NCBI RefSeq assembly: GCF_009914755.1
Contig: NC_060930.1
Source of the DNA: the human T2T-CHM13v2.0 reference genome, Homo sapiens
DNA: 64,000 nt
Strand: one strand, 5' to 3'
Every line of letters starts with the position of its first letter. Position 1 is the stretch's first letter. The position numbers and the translations under genes are program-made. This document shows positions 1-15,499 of the stretch, in pieces. The notes below the pieces were generated by a model. It searched no databases. It saw only the letters and a list, made by a program, of their open reading frames with translations, and had not been told where the DNA came from.

Positions 1-609
1 CACCAATCCGTGGTGATGAGTAATACCTCTTAACATTTTCCAAACCTATGTACACACAAATTGCCTTAATATTCCCCTACACACTTTTTAGAGAAATGGG
101 GAAAATGTGAAGTATGAAGGATATTTAGAATATGTGTTAATTCCAAACAGTTTTAAAATAATACAATGATCTACATGGAGATTTCAATCCGAACAAGTTG
201 TAGTAGTTGAGAATTTACTTATCTCAGTGTCTGAGCAGTTTTGCATTTCAACAATAATAGCTGAGGGCTAATTTGAGATGATTGTATTGTTAATTGAGGT
301 GGTTAGGAGGGTGTGTTTTTAATTTTTTTGTTTTTCATAGAAGCATGGACTCTTATTTTGAAATAATATGCTCAAGCATTACTTTGTTATCATTTATTTG
401 ACAAAGTCAAGCTTGAGGTACATTTAACTATCAACTTAGCATTGAAGCCTCATGATGAGTGTTGAGACACTGTTTTAGAAGATGAGAGCTCACAATATAG
501 TGGAAAGTGATTAAGGTAAAAGAATAAAGTGATTTCCTGTTTCTCTGAAGTACTGAAGTACTTTTCAAAATTTATTGGTTCTTTTGGACAAAATCCTATT
601 TCTTGTGTG

Positions 610-1045
610 TGTGAGATGGCATTACTGGCCCAATTCTTCAACCATCCCTGTAGCCATTCCCCTGCTATGACATCATTATGGTTGGAGCATATTTCCTCCC
701 CTTGACTTTGGAATTGATTGTGTGATTTGCTTTCATGAACAGAAAGAGTCAAAAGTGACTGCTATTTTCAAGTCAAGGATTTAAGAGGCCTTGCATGTTT
801 CTGTTTGCCCTTTTTCACTTCTGCCATTATCATGAGAAGAATCTGTGCTAGTCAACCTGCCAGTCAAAAATAGATGACAAACATATCAGGCAGAGCCACC
901 CAGTGTTATCTAGAGGCTTTCAGAAAGATGCATGTTAGTGCAAGCCTCTGCACGTGATCCTGGTTTAAATCAGCCGAGCTTCACAACATTGTGTATCTGT
1001 GAGGATAAATGAATATTGTATTAAACCACTAGGGTTTGAATAATA
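610..1045 (+). mobile_element. Old MaLR LTR (MLT1H/I/J-like), degraded
   Basis: MLT1-type motifs: tttcctccccttgactttgg..tgtgtgatttgcttt, ttaagaggccttgcatgtttctg, ccatcatgagaag-like, and 3' gataaatg..taaaccactagggtttg. Confidence 0.6.
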
Positions 1046-1663
1046 GCTTTAGTGAGATTTAACTGAGTTATAATGAATAGCACATATTTAAGTTATACAA
1101 TTTGGTGAGTTTTGACATATATTTCTACTCCTAAAATCATCATCACAAAATTACCACCACAAGATAATGAACATAATTATTCCCCAAATTCCAAAGTTTT
1201 CCCACACTATTTTGTTGTCCCTGATTTCTTCAATTCATTCCTTACCCCATTCACAGAAACCACAGATCTGCTTTATGGTCACTATAGATTTGTTTGTATT
1301 TTCTGAAGTTTTATCTGAATGAAATAATATAGTAGATATTTTTTGTCTAATTTCTGTCAGTAAAATTATTTTCAAGATCATCCATGTAGGAGTATGTATC
1401 AGTAGTTTCATCGTTTTTTGTTTCTGAATAGTATTCTATTGCATGGTTGCACCACAATTGTGTTACTCATTAATCTGTTGAAAGCTCTTTGAGTTTTTTC
1501 AATTTGACATTTTTAAAAACAAAGTTCTATGAGCATCGAAGTACAACATTTTATATAAACAAATACTTTTCCTTCTCTTAAGTACATAACTGAGACATAT
1601 GGTAGATTACATTTGACTTCTTAAAAACTGCCAGACTGTTTTCCAAAGTGATCATGCAAATTT

Positions 1664-2169
1664 TGTTGCAGGAATTTTCTCTTGTCCCTCTGCCAGTGGG
1701 GGACCTCTGGCCAGTGATGCCAGAGGCCTCACTCGGGACATGCTACCTGCTGCAAGAGGCGCCTTGTCCAGTCGGCCCACTGGGCAGAGTCTGGCTTGTG
1801 CACTGGTTCCTGAGTTCTTGTACCATGCCCAAGAAGAATGAGGATGCACTGACAATGGAAGAGTGAGCAAGGCAGGGAATTTTATTGAGTGACGAAACAG
1901 CTTTCAGCAGAGAGGGGACATGTGGTGGTCCCCCAACCCAAAGGCAAGAAAGTTCCCTCAGTGTGGCTGAGTCCTGGGACTTTATATGGGCTCAGAATAG
2001 GGGAGGGGCAGCCAAACAGAAACAGAAGTTCTCACTCTGGGTTGTGGGTTTCATCTGGGACCAGCAGTCCAGTCTTTCAGCCTGCGTGTGATTTTTGGCT
2101 TGAAGGTGGGGTTTCTCTGGGGAACCTCCTTTATCTGCCTAGGCATATGGCTTTCTTCTGTTGCTGTCA
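1664..2169 (-). mobile_element. ERV1 solo LTR (LTR27/MER52 group)
   Basis: TG...CA termini with 4-bp TSD attt (1660-1663 / 2170-2173); GC-richer block inside L1; ttgaaggtggggtttc and atctgcctaggcat match the recalled family 5' end; ttttatt (minus-strand AATAAA) near 1880. Confidence 0.8.
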
Positions 2170-4828
2170 ATTTAACGTTCCTCAAAAATAGTTTATGAGG
2201 TTTCCAGTTTACCGATATCCTAACCAACACTTGATATTGCCAGTCTTTTTAATTTTAGACACCCTGGTATAATAGAGTGGTATATCCTTGTGATTTTCAT
2301 TTGTATTTCCCTAAAAAACTTTGATGTGGAGTATCTTTTTATTTTCTTATTTGTCAACCACATATCTTCTGTGGTAAAGTGCCCAAATTTTTGCCCATTT
2401 TTAATTAGGTTATTTTTTCTTATTAGTGAGTTTTGTGAGTTCTGTATATATTTTAGATAGTCTTTTATCAGGTATGAGAATTTCAAATATTTTCTTCTAG
2501 TCTGTGAGTTATTTTTTATTCCCTTAGTGGTTGGTGTTTGTGAAAGATTAGACACCTTTAATTTTGTTGAAATCCCATTTATCAATTTTTCTTCCATGAA
2601 TTGTGCTTATTTGTTCTTAATACAAGAAATTATTGCAAAACCCAGGATTACACAAATTTCCTTCTCTGTTTTCTCCTGGAAATTTTGTAGTTTTGGATTT
2701 TAAATTTTGGGCTATGATCTATTTCGAGATAAGTATTTTATATATATGTAAGTTGAAGGTCAAAGGTCTTTTGGATTCTTGTTTGTTTTGCATATTGTTA
2801 ACCAATAATTCTGACACTGTTATCTTTTCTCCTGTTGAATTACCATAGCATTTAGTAAATAATAAAATTAGGCATTACTTAGTTTCATTGTTCTGTTTGT
2901 GTATCCTAACTCTAAAATCACAGTTTTATTTACTGTTGCATTATAATCAAACTTGAAATCTGGTAATGTAGTACTGTCATTTTGTTCTTGTTCTTTAAGT
3001 TTTTTCTTTTTAACATATTCTATTTTCTTGCATATTTTTATATATTTTTAAATCAGCCTGTCAATTACTATAAAAAATATCTACTGAAATTTTGATTTGT
3101 ATTGCATTGATTCTGTAGATTAATTTGCAGAGAATGGACCACTTATAAAAATATTGATTTTTCTGCTCCATGATAATGGTATATGTATCCATTTATTTAG
3201 TTCTCCTTTAATCATTTCTATTTCTCTTAGCCACATTTGCAGTTTTTAGTATACAGTTACTACACATCTCTTGTCAAATTTATTCCTTACTAAATCATAT
3301 TCTTGATGCTTATATAAATGACATTGCCTTTCAATTTAATTTCTTATTTTTGGCCCTTATTATATAGAAATAAAATGTATTAGTATATCAATCTTGTATT
3401 ATATAAACTTACAAGGCCCAGTTATTAGTTCTAGTCGTTTTGTGTAAATTTAATAGGATTTTCTACATTGCCAGTTTGTCATGAGCTAAAACACACAATA
3501 TTTATTTTTTCCTTTATTAACTATATGTCTATAACCTCTTTTCTTCTTAACCTTTTCTAGTTGTTGAACTGCTTATGTCATGTGAAATAGAGGTGATGAC
3601 AGCAAATGTCTGCCTTGCTCCTGATCCTCAATTACAGTATTCTCTTTTTCAGCATTGAATATATTATTAGCTGTATTTTCTGGATTCCCTTGATCATGTT
3701 TACAAACTTTACTTGTGTTTCTAGTTTGCTGAGAAATTGCAACAGAAATATATGCATGCTAAATTTCCTAAACTGATTTTTCTGATGTCTCTTGAGATAA
3801 TTATTATTTGTCTCTTAACTGGTGTATTGCATTAATTTGATTTAAAAATATTAAATTAACTGGGAGACAAATACTGTACGTCACAATATATTATCTTTTT
3901 TATATATTGAGTTTGATTTGCTAACAGTCTTTTAGAGTTTTTTCATTTATGCTCATGAAAGACATTGGTCCATATTTCTCTTTTAGTTTCTTGTTATGAG
4001 TAATGTTGACTCATAGAAGTTACAGGGAAGTATTCTATCCTCTTCTATTTTTCTAAATAGTTTATGTAAAATTGGTATTGTTTCTTCCTTAGATGTTTGT
4101 TGACTTCGACAGTTAAATATATGGGACTGGTATCTTTTTTTTTCTTTTGATAAGGTTTCTGTTATACATTCAATTTCTTTTATAGATATATATGTCAATT
4201 CAGATTACCTATTTCTTCTTTAATGAACTTTGACAAATTATCTCTTTCAAGAAATTTTCCCTTTTCATCCAAATTGTCAAATTTATTGATATTAGGTAAT
4301 TAATATTTCCTTAATAACTTGTTAATATCTGTAGTGATATAACTATTCCATTTACAGTTATGGGTTATTTGCATTTCCTGTCTCTTTCCTTGTCAGTCTG
4401 ATTAAATGTTAATCACTTTTTATTTATTTATTTATTGACTTTTAGTGAAAGGGAATCTTGTCAAAAGTCAGAATTTAGTTTCATTGGCTACCACTACTGT
4501 TATTGTTTTCTATGTCATTTAATCCTGCTCCTATCTTATTTCCTTTCTTCTGCTGACTTTTGTTTTCTTTTATTTTTTCTTTCTTTAAAGGTAGAGGCTA
4601 AGGTAATAGACTTGAGACCTTTCTACATTTCTAATGTATGCTGTTAGTGATACAAATTACTCTTTCAATATTTCTTTGGTAGCATTTCACTAACTTTGAT
4701 ATATTTGGTTTTTAATTTCTTTTCCTGCATATTATTTTTAATTTCTCTTTCAATTTCATGTTTTATTGACTGCTTATTAGAATTAGATTATCTGGCTTTC
4801 AAATATTTCGTGATTGTCTTGATATGGT

Positions 4829-5229
4829 TGATAAAAGAAAAATTCTTTTACCAAATTAAATTCAGAGGAGTTTTACTGAGCAATGAATGCTTCATGAATC
4901 AGGCAGCCTTCTGAGCCAGGGTAGGCTCAGAGACTCCAGCACAGCCACATGGTGAAAGAACATTTATGGACAGAAAAAGGAAAGTGACGAACAGAAAATG
5001 GAAGTGAGGTACAGGAACAGTTGGATTGGTTAAGGCTTATCGTTTGCCTTATTTGAACACAATTCAAACAGTTGGCTGTATATGATTGGCCAAGACTTAG
5101 TGGTTGGCACAAGTGTAGGCTACAGTCTGTTTATACCTCCACTTTTTATAGTTCATAATGTGCAGAAAAACCTTCAGACCAAACTTAAAATATTTAAGGA
5201 GGCAGCTTTAGGCTAAACTTGATTTAACA
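4829..5229 (-). mobile_element. MER57-family ERV1 solo LTR
   Basis: TG...CA termini with exact 4-bp TSD tggt (4825-4828 / 5230-5233); diagnostic end ggaggcagctttaggctaaacttgatttaaca; ggctcagagactccagcacagccac. Confidence 0.85.
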
Positions 5230-7346
5230 TGGTTCAATTAGTTGTTATTAATTCAATTACACTGGTCACAGAATATATGGTGTATCACTGAACTACTTTA
5301 AAATATAATGAGACTTATTTTAAATAAAACACTTAGTATATCAACCTTCTTAAGTGTTTCTTGTGCACTTGTAAAGAATGTGTATTCTGCCCTTGTTGGG
5401 TGATATGACCTACACAAACAATTTAGGTTTATTTGTTTAATAGTGCTATTTAAATGTTTTGTATCCTTACTGAGTTTCTACCTGTCTTTCCAACCCATTA
5501 TTGAGACAAGGTCATTGAAAATTTTGATTAGAATTGTTTATTTGTATATTTCTTCTTAAAGTTATGCAAATATTTTGATTTATGTATTTTGAAGTCCTTT
5601 TATTAGGTGAAAAAAATATAGAATTATTTTGTCCTCTTAATGAATTGATTCCTTTAGTATTATGAAATAGCCCTCTTTACCCCATCCAATATTCTTTGTT
5701 CTGAAATCAACTATCTGATTTTAACACAGCCACTTCAGGTTTTTTTTTTATTATTTGCATGGTAAATATTTTTCTCTTCTGTTACTTTTGCTTTATTTAC
5801 ATTGACATTAGTTATGTGTAGGCAGCACACATTTGGATCAATTTTTTCACATTTTCTAGTCTGAGTTACTTTTTTGGGGAGTATTTAAACACTTCATATT
5901 TAATGTGGTTATTAACAAGATTGGGTTATATCAATGATCTTGCTATTTAATTTATATTTTTCCCATATCATCGTTTCACTGTTCCTCTTTTTCTGTTTCT
6001 TTTTAGATTGAATACTATTTTTTAAAATTATCTTTTTTATTGGCTTATTATCTATACCTTTTTTGGGTTATTTTAGTGATTGTTCTAGATTTTTTTGGTA
6101 TACATGTTTCACTTTCATAGTCTTTCTGCAAGTAATATTATATCACTTCACATTTAGTATAAAGATGTTATAATAGTATACTTTCATTTCTCCCCTCCTA
6201 GCCTTTATGCTGTTATTGTCATACATACACTATGTAAATCCTATAGTGTATTGCCATTTTTTGCTTTAAACAACTCTCATGATTTAATATATAAGAAAGT
6301 GTGTTATATTTAATCACATGTTTACATTTTTGCTGCTTTTCTCTGTAGATATAGGCTCCCATCTGAAATCACTATCTTCCTGTAGAATTTTAAAAAATAT
6401 TTATTGTAGTGAAGGTCTGCTAGTGATGAATTCTTTCAACTTTTGTATATGTGAAGGTGTCTTTATATTGTCTTTATTTTTGACAATAGAAAGGTTTTGA
6501 AAACCTTTTGGCTGGATATAGAATTTTGGGTTGTCAGTTTTTTTCTTTTAGTACTTTAAAAATGTTGCTTCATTGCCTTCTATCTTGTATTGCTTTGGAT
6601 GAGCAATCTGCAGTTATATTTGCTTCCCTGCCTGTATATGACATTTCCCCCCTCTGGATGCTTTTAAGATGTTCTCCTTATCTTTGATTTTAAACAATAA
6701 ACTTATATGCGCTTTTTGCACTTAGAGTTCACAGAACATGTTGGATAGATGAGTTTATTGTTTTTATGAAATGTGGAAAATATACCCAATATTCCTTTAT
6801 ATATATTTTATAATGCTCCCTGTCCCTCAGAGACTCTAAGTATACATGTAGTGAGTCCCTTGAAGTTGTTTTGCCACTCACAGTGCTCTTTTCAATTTTA
6901 AAATTCTTTTTTACTGTTTGTATTTTATTTTAGACAGTTTACATTGCTAGCTTTCTAGTTCACTGATTTTTTCCTTCAACATTTAATCTACTGTTAATCT
7001 TAAGTAATATATTTTTTAACTCCAAATTGTATTGTTTAGCTCTAGAAATTGTATTTAAATGTTCAACTTTAATATTGCAACTCTTTACTTTAAATACTCA
7101 ATTTTGTCTTCTATCTTTTTGAATGCAATATAGTTAACATTACTATTTTATTAACAGTTTGCTTGAGTAATAGAATTAGCTACTATTAGCTAACACTTGA
7201 AAGATAGAATTAGCTACTATTTTATAACAGTCTGCCTTCTAATTCTATTACTTGAGTCATTTCTGATTGTGTTTCTATTGACTGAAATTTCTTCTCATTA
7301 TGTGTCATATTTTTCTGCTACTTTGTATACTTAGTAATCATAATAG

Positions 7347-7713
<367 letters not shown>

Positions 7714-7830
7714 GGGTGCTGAATATTTTTGTATTTCTATAAATATACTTGAATTATATTCTGAAGCACTATTTTTCACCTGAGTATAATTTTTTTCTCT
7801 CTAATCTTGCTTTCAAATTTGTTATAAGTG

Positions 7831-8139
7831 GGCTGGGCACGGTGGCTCACGCCTGTAATCCCAGCACTTTGGGAGGCCGAGGCAGTTGGATCGTGAGGTC
7901 AGGAGATCGAGACCATCCTGGCTAACATGGTAAAACCCCATGTCTACTAAAAATAAAAGAAAAAAAAATTAGCCAGGCGTGGTGGCAGGGACCTGCAGTC
8001 TCAGCTACCTGGGAGGCTGAGGCAGGAGAATTCTTGAACTCAGGAGGCAGAAGTTGCTGTGAGCCTAGATCGTGCCACTGCACTCTAGCCTGGGCAACAG
8101 AATAAGACTCCGTCTCAAAAAAGAAAAAAAGAAAAAAAA
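7831..8139 (+). mobile_element. Alu (AluSc/Y-like)
   Basis: ggctgggcacggtggctcacgcc start; gagatcgagaccatcctggctaac; TSD ttgttataagtg on both sides. Confidence 0.95.
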
Positions 8140-8769
8140 TTGTTATAAGTGATCACAACTGCCTTTATTTTACTTCTCAACTGAGGCAACACTCGTTAAG
8201 TACTTTTTCCAATGCCCTATGACTCACCAGATTTTCTACTTTGGTTTGTTGGAGCACAAACAATTCCTGACTTCGTATAATCTTTGAGGATTTTTCTCTC
8301 CATTTTATTTGAGCGCTTTTTCTCTGGCCTCTGCTATTTTTCTTATATGCGTTTACTGATTAGAATCTATCTGCTGACTTGGGATACCATTTATTGGTTT
8401 TCAGAACTCTTTTTCCCTAGTTAACTCTCTCTTTCCTAGTGCTGTTACCCGCAAATTCTACCTGTGTCAGCTTCACTACTCTCATTTTCTCAACTCAAGT
8501 CCTGTGCACTGCATCTCAGCTCCACTGCCCTAGGCAGTGTTCTGGAAACTTTATGCAGATACTAAGCTGGAGCACTTCTAGGACTTACCTCACTTTCCTC
8601 TTCTCTCAGAGATCACGTTGCTACCTAGTGTCAAATATCAGTAAGCCATGATTTCATATATTTTGTCTATTTTATTTCAGTTATTTTGAGTATGAGCATT
8701 ATGACAGCCCTGTTACTCAATCTTTGCTAGAAGCAAAATTCCAGTCTGTGAATTCTTAACATAGGCATA

Positions 8770-9414
8770 AAAGCAATTCAATGATCAACCATGAGTCTTT
8801 TTCATAAATGACACTGGAACAACTTTGTAAATGTATGGGAAAAATTAACTTTAGTCCGTACCTCAGGCTATGCCCAGATTTAACCTGAGATGTATCACAG
8901 ACTTAAGGTGAAAGCCAAAAGTTTAAACTAGAAGAAAACTTTATATAAGCTATTTTCCTTAGAGATGGTATAAAATAAACACATATTAAGATATAATCAA
9001 AATTAATTACTTCTCAACATTCTCAACACAAAACATCATTAAGAATATGAAAATGCAACCCATAGTCTGGAGGACTATTTAACAAGTCACTTACTTCCAG
9101 AATATTAAAAATTATGCATAGAATTCAATACTAAAAAAGATAAACAATTTTAAAATTTAAAACAAAAAGTTAAATAGACCCTTCTCAAAAGAAAAAAATT
9201 CATGAGTGAACAAAAAGCTCATAAAATATTGCTCATCATCATTAGTCATGAAGGGAATGAAAATTATAATGAGATGAAATAAATTTTTGCAGCCACTATG
9301 ATGCTCAGAATTAGAAACTATGACAATAATAAATGTTGTTGAGAATGCAAAGCAACTGGAATATAGTAGAATCATTTTGAAAAACGTATTGTCAGATAGA
9401 TAGAGGGCTAGATA

Positions 9415-9451
<37 letters not shown>

Positions 9452-10000
9452 ATCTGATCAAGGGATTTAATTTCTATGTTTTTATCCAAGATAAATAAAA
9501 CAAAAGATTTGTGCAAGAATGTGTATAGTGGCTTTCTTCATATTAACTAAAGACTGGAAACAAAGCAAATGTCCATCAATAGGAGAATAAATAAACACAC
9601 ATGATATATTCTAACTATAGACTAATATTTATCAAGAAAAATCAAATAAATAATAAATTACAGATGCACAAAAGAATAGAACAAAATTTAAAACATGCTA
9701 ATTTTTAAACAATTTGGAATAATGAAATATGTTAAACATTATGAAAATTGTATATATGAATAATTTAACTACTGTAATGTTTAAAAATAGGCAAAACCAG
9801 TCTTTAGTGGTGGAAATAAGAATTGTCTGCAGTGGGTGCAACTAGAAAAAGAACGAGATCATTTTCTGTTGTAGTGAAGTGTACTATACCCTGATTTAGG
9901 CATTGGTTGCATAGATTACACATTTATTAAAATTCATTGATGTGTACCCTGAAAATACGTTCATTGCAAACTATACAAACTGTTCTTCAATATAAATAAA
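8770..10000 (+). mobile_element. L1ME/MC-class 3' fragment
   Basis: A-rich L1 3' ORF2/UTR motifs (aaatagacccttctcaaaagaa, ctggaaacaaagcaaatgtccatcaataggagaat). Confidence 0.7.
9415..9450. repeat. (TG)13 microsatellite followed by (TATG)n
   Basis: Directly visible. Confidence 0.95.
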
Positions 10001-10273
10001 ATAGAATCAATGCAGATAAAAGAATAGAGCTTCTAACACTATGACAATTAAACTCTGGGCATTTTTGAGAGGTCATATATATTTTAAAATATATTGCATG
10101 ATAATTGTATATTCTAAATACAGACACCTGAAATTGAGTATCCTTATCCATGATGGGCATTTTGGTCAAAATATTGCACAGAAAATCACATAAGAAGATA
10201 TTCAGTGCACTTTTCAGTCTTTACAGGAAAGGCAATTGGTTGATACAATAAACATATCATGGGTATAACGTAA

Positions 10274-10623
<350 letters not shown>

Positions 10624-10789
10624 AAGTCAGGAAAACCTTTGCTCAAGATTTCAGAAATAATGAGTGCCTCTACATCTGTGATCTCCTTGAATTAGAAATA
10701 ATAGATTAGAAGATGAAAGAAAGGAAGTATAAATTTTCAGATTCAATTACCTAAATATAACCCTGAGCTTTGTTTTTGTGAAAGTAAAA

Positions 10790-11266
10790 TGTATCATTCA
10801 GTGTTCTTCAGAGAAACAGAATCAATAGGAGATATATATGTATATGTGTGTGTTTGTGCACGTGTGTGTGTATTATAAGGAATTTGCTTACACTATTATA
10901 GAAGCTGAGAAGTCTCGGCTGAGAAGTCTCACAATCTGTAGTCAGCAAGCTGGAGACCCAAGATAGCAGTGATGTAATTGCAGTCCAGATCTGTCATCCA
11001 AAGGCAGAAGACCAGAATCCCAGTTAGAAGACGGTCAGATAAAGAAAGTGAATTCTCCCTTACTCACCCTTTTTGTTCAATTCAGGTTTTCCATGGACTG
11101 GATGAGGCTCACCCATATTGGGGAGGGCAATTTAGTTTACTGAGTCTATCCATTCAAATGTTAATATCACCCAGAAACACCCTCATAGACATGTCCAGAA
11201 TAATGTTTAACCAAATATCTGGGCACCCTGTGGCAAGGTCAACTTGACACACAAGATTAATCAACA
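10790..11266 (-). mobile_element. MLT2B-like ERVL LTR
   Basis: tgtatcattcagtgttcttcagagaaacagaatcaatagga ... ccaaatatctgggcaccctgtggc..ttgacacacaagattaatcaaca, with the internal (TA/TG)n tract typical of MLT2. Confidence 0.85.
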
Positions 11267-11269
11267 TAA

Positions 11270-12140
11270 GCAAAGTGAACAATCAGATGCCCCATACAAA
11301 GTTCTGCCCACTGGAAAGATCTCCCTTCATCACTGTCATTCGGGGATGTCCCAGAAAGGAGCTGTAATGTTGTAGCTGCCCACTTTGGGGTGATGCCTGC
11401 ATATCATGTAATGTAGGCGTGAGTCTTCTCTTCCTCTGTTGATCACAGGAAATCTCCATAAGCCAATATGTGAAGGATAGAAGAGAGAAGACAGTGTGGC
11501 AGCAATGGGTGTCATGGACATTTGGTCCACTTCTTCATGTAACTTACTTGGGTATTCAGGGCCTGCTTGGGCTTCATCATGCATGTTCCATTTCCATTTG
11601 ATGTGCTGTGCACTCCTAACTTCACGGCTTGGGGGTTAGATAAAACCCAGTTCATGATAGGGGTTCAGGTCACATGTTAATTTGGTGGCCCACAGTTAAT
11701 TGTTCAGTTTCTAAGGCCCAATTACAGGCCAAGAGCTGTTTTCTCAAAAGGAGAATAGTTATCTGCAGAGGATGGCAGAACGTTGCTCCCAAAACCCAAG
11801 GGAGGAAACAGCATCCTTTTCTAACACTTCAAACACTATTGGATCAGCTGGATCATGTGTCCAAGTGCAGAACAGCTTGCCCTGCAGCCTGGACCTGCTG
11901 CAGAGTCTTCTATTGTGCTGGGCACCACTCAACTTCAACTGCTTTTCAGGTCACTTGGTGTATGTGCTGCAGTAACATATCCAAATGAGGAATATGGCCT
12001 CCGAAATCTGAAGAGGTCCATTAGGCATTCTGGTTCTGTTTTCGTTATAGGATTTGGATATGTAACAACTTATCCTGTTTCTTGAATAACTCAACATGCT
12101 CCACACCACTAGACCCCTAGAAATTTCACTGAGGTGAAAT
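11270..12140 (-). mobile_element. HERVL/ERVL internal pol fragment (RT C-terminus to RNase H), degenerate
   Basis: ORF 11336-11584(-) AQAGPEYPSKLHEEVDQM resembles HERVL pol ARAGPEGTSKLHEEVAQM; 11990-12035 is a degenerate GLFGFWRQHIPHLG-type RT segment. Confidence 0.8.
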
Positions 12141-15108
12141 TGCTTTCATTATATTCCGTGTGTTTTTCATATTTTCTTCTTTTCTGTCCTATGCTATTTT
12201 CAAGTAATATTGTACAAAATGTTTCCATCTTGACACATATATAAAAGTGAAGAGTTAAGAAAATTATAGAAAACTTGTTGGTAAAAAAATTTATAAATTA
12301 GTTTCTGACTTTTTTTTCTAAAAAGGAAAAACACTGTACCATGGAATAGAAATAAAATTATCATTGTAATGAATCACTCTTTTAATAAGCTGTCTTAATT
12401 CCTAACATTTTGTTTTGGTTAGCAGGATATTACATTCATATATCCAGTATGAATATAAGTAGAATATATGTTTTACTAACATTTAGAAATAATTTACTAA
12501 TGATCACCTAATGTGCTTATTTTTTTCTTACAAATTCATCTAGTAAATGACCGTGACTAACATATCTTTTGAGCCTTATTGCAATAAGGAATGTGTTAGG
12601 CACATGAAAGAAATTCAGCAATGTATACTTAATAAATTGCATATTCCACACGTCTGGTTAATTTATATTATTTCTCCAAGGCATTTATTCACATAGATAC
12701 AAGTTGAAATTTTTTATTGTTTATTTCATTGAGATTTTTATTATTTCTTTTCATATTACTGAGATTAGTAATTATTACAGTGAATACATTCTATGGTAAC
12801 TTACGGTTTATGTTAAGTGTAAGGTTATTTGCACTATTATGAACATCAGATTCCTTTTCTATTCAATATTATTCTGAATAATATTATTTACTGGTAGGCC
12901 GTTCACATTCATTAATATACTGAAGTATGTGGATAAACATATTTCCTATTACATGACTCATAATGTAACAGGCTTAGAAATCTACTGTCATAATAGAACA
13001 CTCACACCATTAAGCCATATTGGCAATATTTTCATATTAGCATACAGTCAAGAAAACATATTATATGGAGTGCATTGAAATAAACATATATATGTTGGTG
13101 AAGCCAAGGATTTCAACATTTTGCTATTTAATTAGGCTAGAATATGAGAGGCTGATATTGTGGTAATTAATTGCTACACTCTTACTGTTAGTTATTTGAG
13201 TCATGCTTGCATTGTAAATCTATATGGTCCTCATTTTGTCACTCACTATGATCTTTAGATAGTTTCTGTGTTAGGGCCAGAAACAAAGTCAGTGAAGTCG
13301 GTTTTATCTGTAAAGTGAAGAGAACTAAGAGAATTACAGTATACAAACTTTAAGTAAAACAGATTTGGGAAGGTTGATTTATTTTATCAGATATGTGTCA
13401 TTATTCCTCTGGAAAAATGATTTCCATCTTTCTGAACATTAAGTATGTTTCAACACAAAATACTGACAAGGTATTCAAATTCTAAATGTAGCCTTCAGAA
13501 TTTTCTGGGCTAGGAAATATTTGCTGATATGGAATAAATTTTACTTATGGAAACAAATAGGATTCTTTTAGCTAGCTCTCTTGGTCATAGCTTTATTCCG
13601 TATTCTTCCACAATGTAACAAGTATGCTGTAAGACAAGAAAGTATATCTCTGTGTTTGATCTTTTGACTCCACCTGAAATGAAGTTGCTGTGCCCCTAAA
13701 TCAATATCTCAGTGTTGAGTTGATTACATGTTTGATGTTTGTAAAGGAATGAAAGAAATCTGAGGTATTGCTCTTTTGAGAAGTGGGAATGTGCAAGAAC
13801 AACCCAAGTTATAACTACACAGAGTTATTATTTTCTCTTTTCTTGTCAGACTACGTTGCACAGAACTGGTTTGGGAATCTGACTCCTGTTGTAAACTGTA
13901 GTTAGTGCAAATTACCACTGAATTGAGAGGGGCTGGCTAGGACAGAAAGATGTAACAGTCAAGGCTGTCTTTTCAAGAAGAATACTAATCAATGCACCAA
14001 AATTATTACTAACTTAATTCACTTATAATTCTGGGTTAACTATCCAGACATTGTCTACTGTTTCATCCAGAAAGAAGTTATTCTTATATTAATTGTGTGT
14101 ATGTCTAGGATGGAAGGCACTGCTATTAAGGGAAGGGCACCGATGTGCTGACATTTACTGGTTAATACCCATTGGGTATGGAGTTCTAGAAAAGGCTATG
14201 ACCTTCTTGAGGTTGGGAGGAACGAAAATAACAGATAGCTGGATGACTTTAATAAGAGGAAAGCTGTGCTTTCTTATTCTGGTGCAGTAGGACGTGATAC
14301 TTCATCGTCTAGGGAACATCTAACTAGTTAGGAGAATTGAAACTGTCATCCAAGACATCTCATTTTATTTTCCTCATGCAGTAAGAAAACAGCCATATAT
14401 AAAAGGAGGTTGAAGAGGCACTTCTCAGAAGGAATTTAGAAGAATGTTCTCAAAGTATCTTCCACTGGCCTGCCCTTTCTAGCTTTTAGTGTATAGCTGT
14501 CAACAAATATGAGACTGATTTTTCTAGAAGGATACTACTAATTGGCCTTTTGTAGCTTGAGAGCAGGGCATTTAAAAATTACTCGTAATTGTACGTTATT
14601 TTTGAGATTTTATAGCAGAGTGATTTTTTTGGGGGAAAGACTACTTTTATTTTTAGAGAGTTTTAGGTTAAGAGCAAAATTGAAAGTAGAGTGATATCCC
14701 ATATACTCCCTGTCCCCATGGCAGCATAGCCTTCCCTATTAACAACATCCTTTACCAGATTGGTACATTTGTTACAACTGATGACACTATAATGACACAT
14801 CATTTTTATCCGAAGCCCATAGTTTACATTAAGGTTCACTGTTGGTGCTGTACATTCTATGGATTTGAACAAATGTATAATGACACATATCCACAATTAA
14901 CAGTATCATACAGAATAGTTTCACTGTCCTGAAAATAATCTGTGCTTTGCCTATTCATCCCTCCTTCTCCCCTAATCCCTGGCAAACATTGATCTCTTTA
15001 CTGTCTCCACAGTTTTTTTTTTTTTTTCTAGAATAGCATATAGTGGGAATCTTATAGCATGAGGCCATTTCAGACTGGGTTCTTTCACTTACGAAAATAC
15101 ATTTAAGT

Positions 15109-15499
<391 letters not shown>

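Noticed and set aside
12574-12589. Perfect 16-bp palindrome ccttattgcaataagg
   Set aside because: A few 8-bp-arm palindromes are expected by chance in 64 kb of AT-rich DNA
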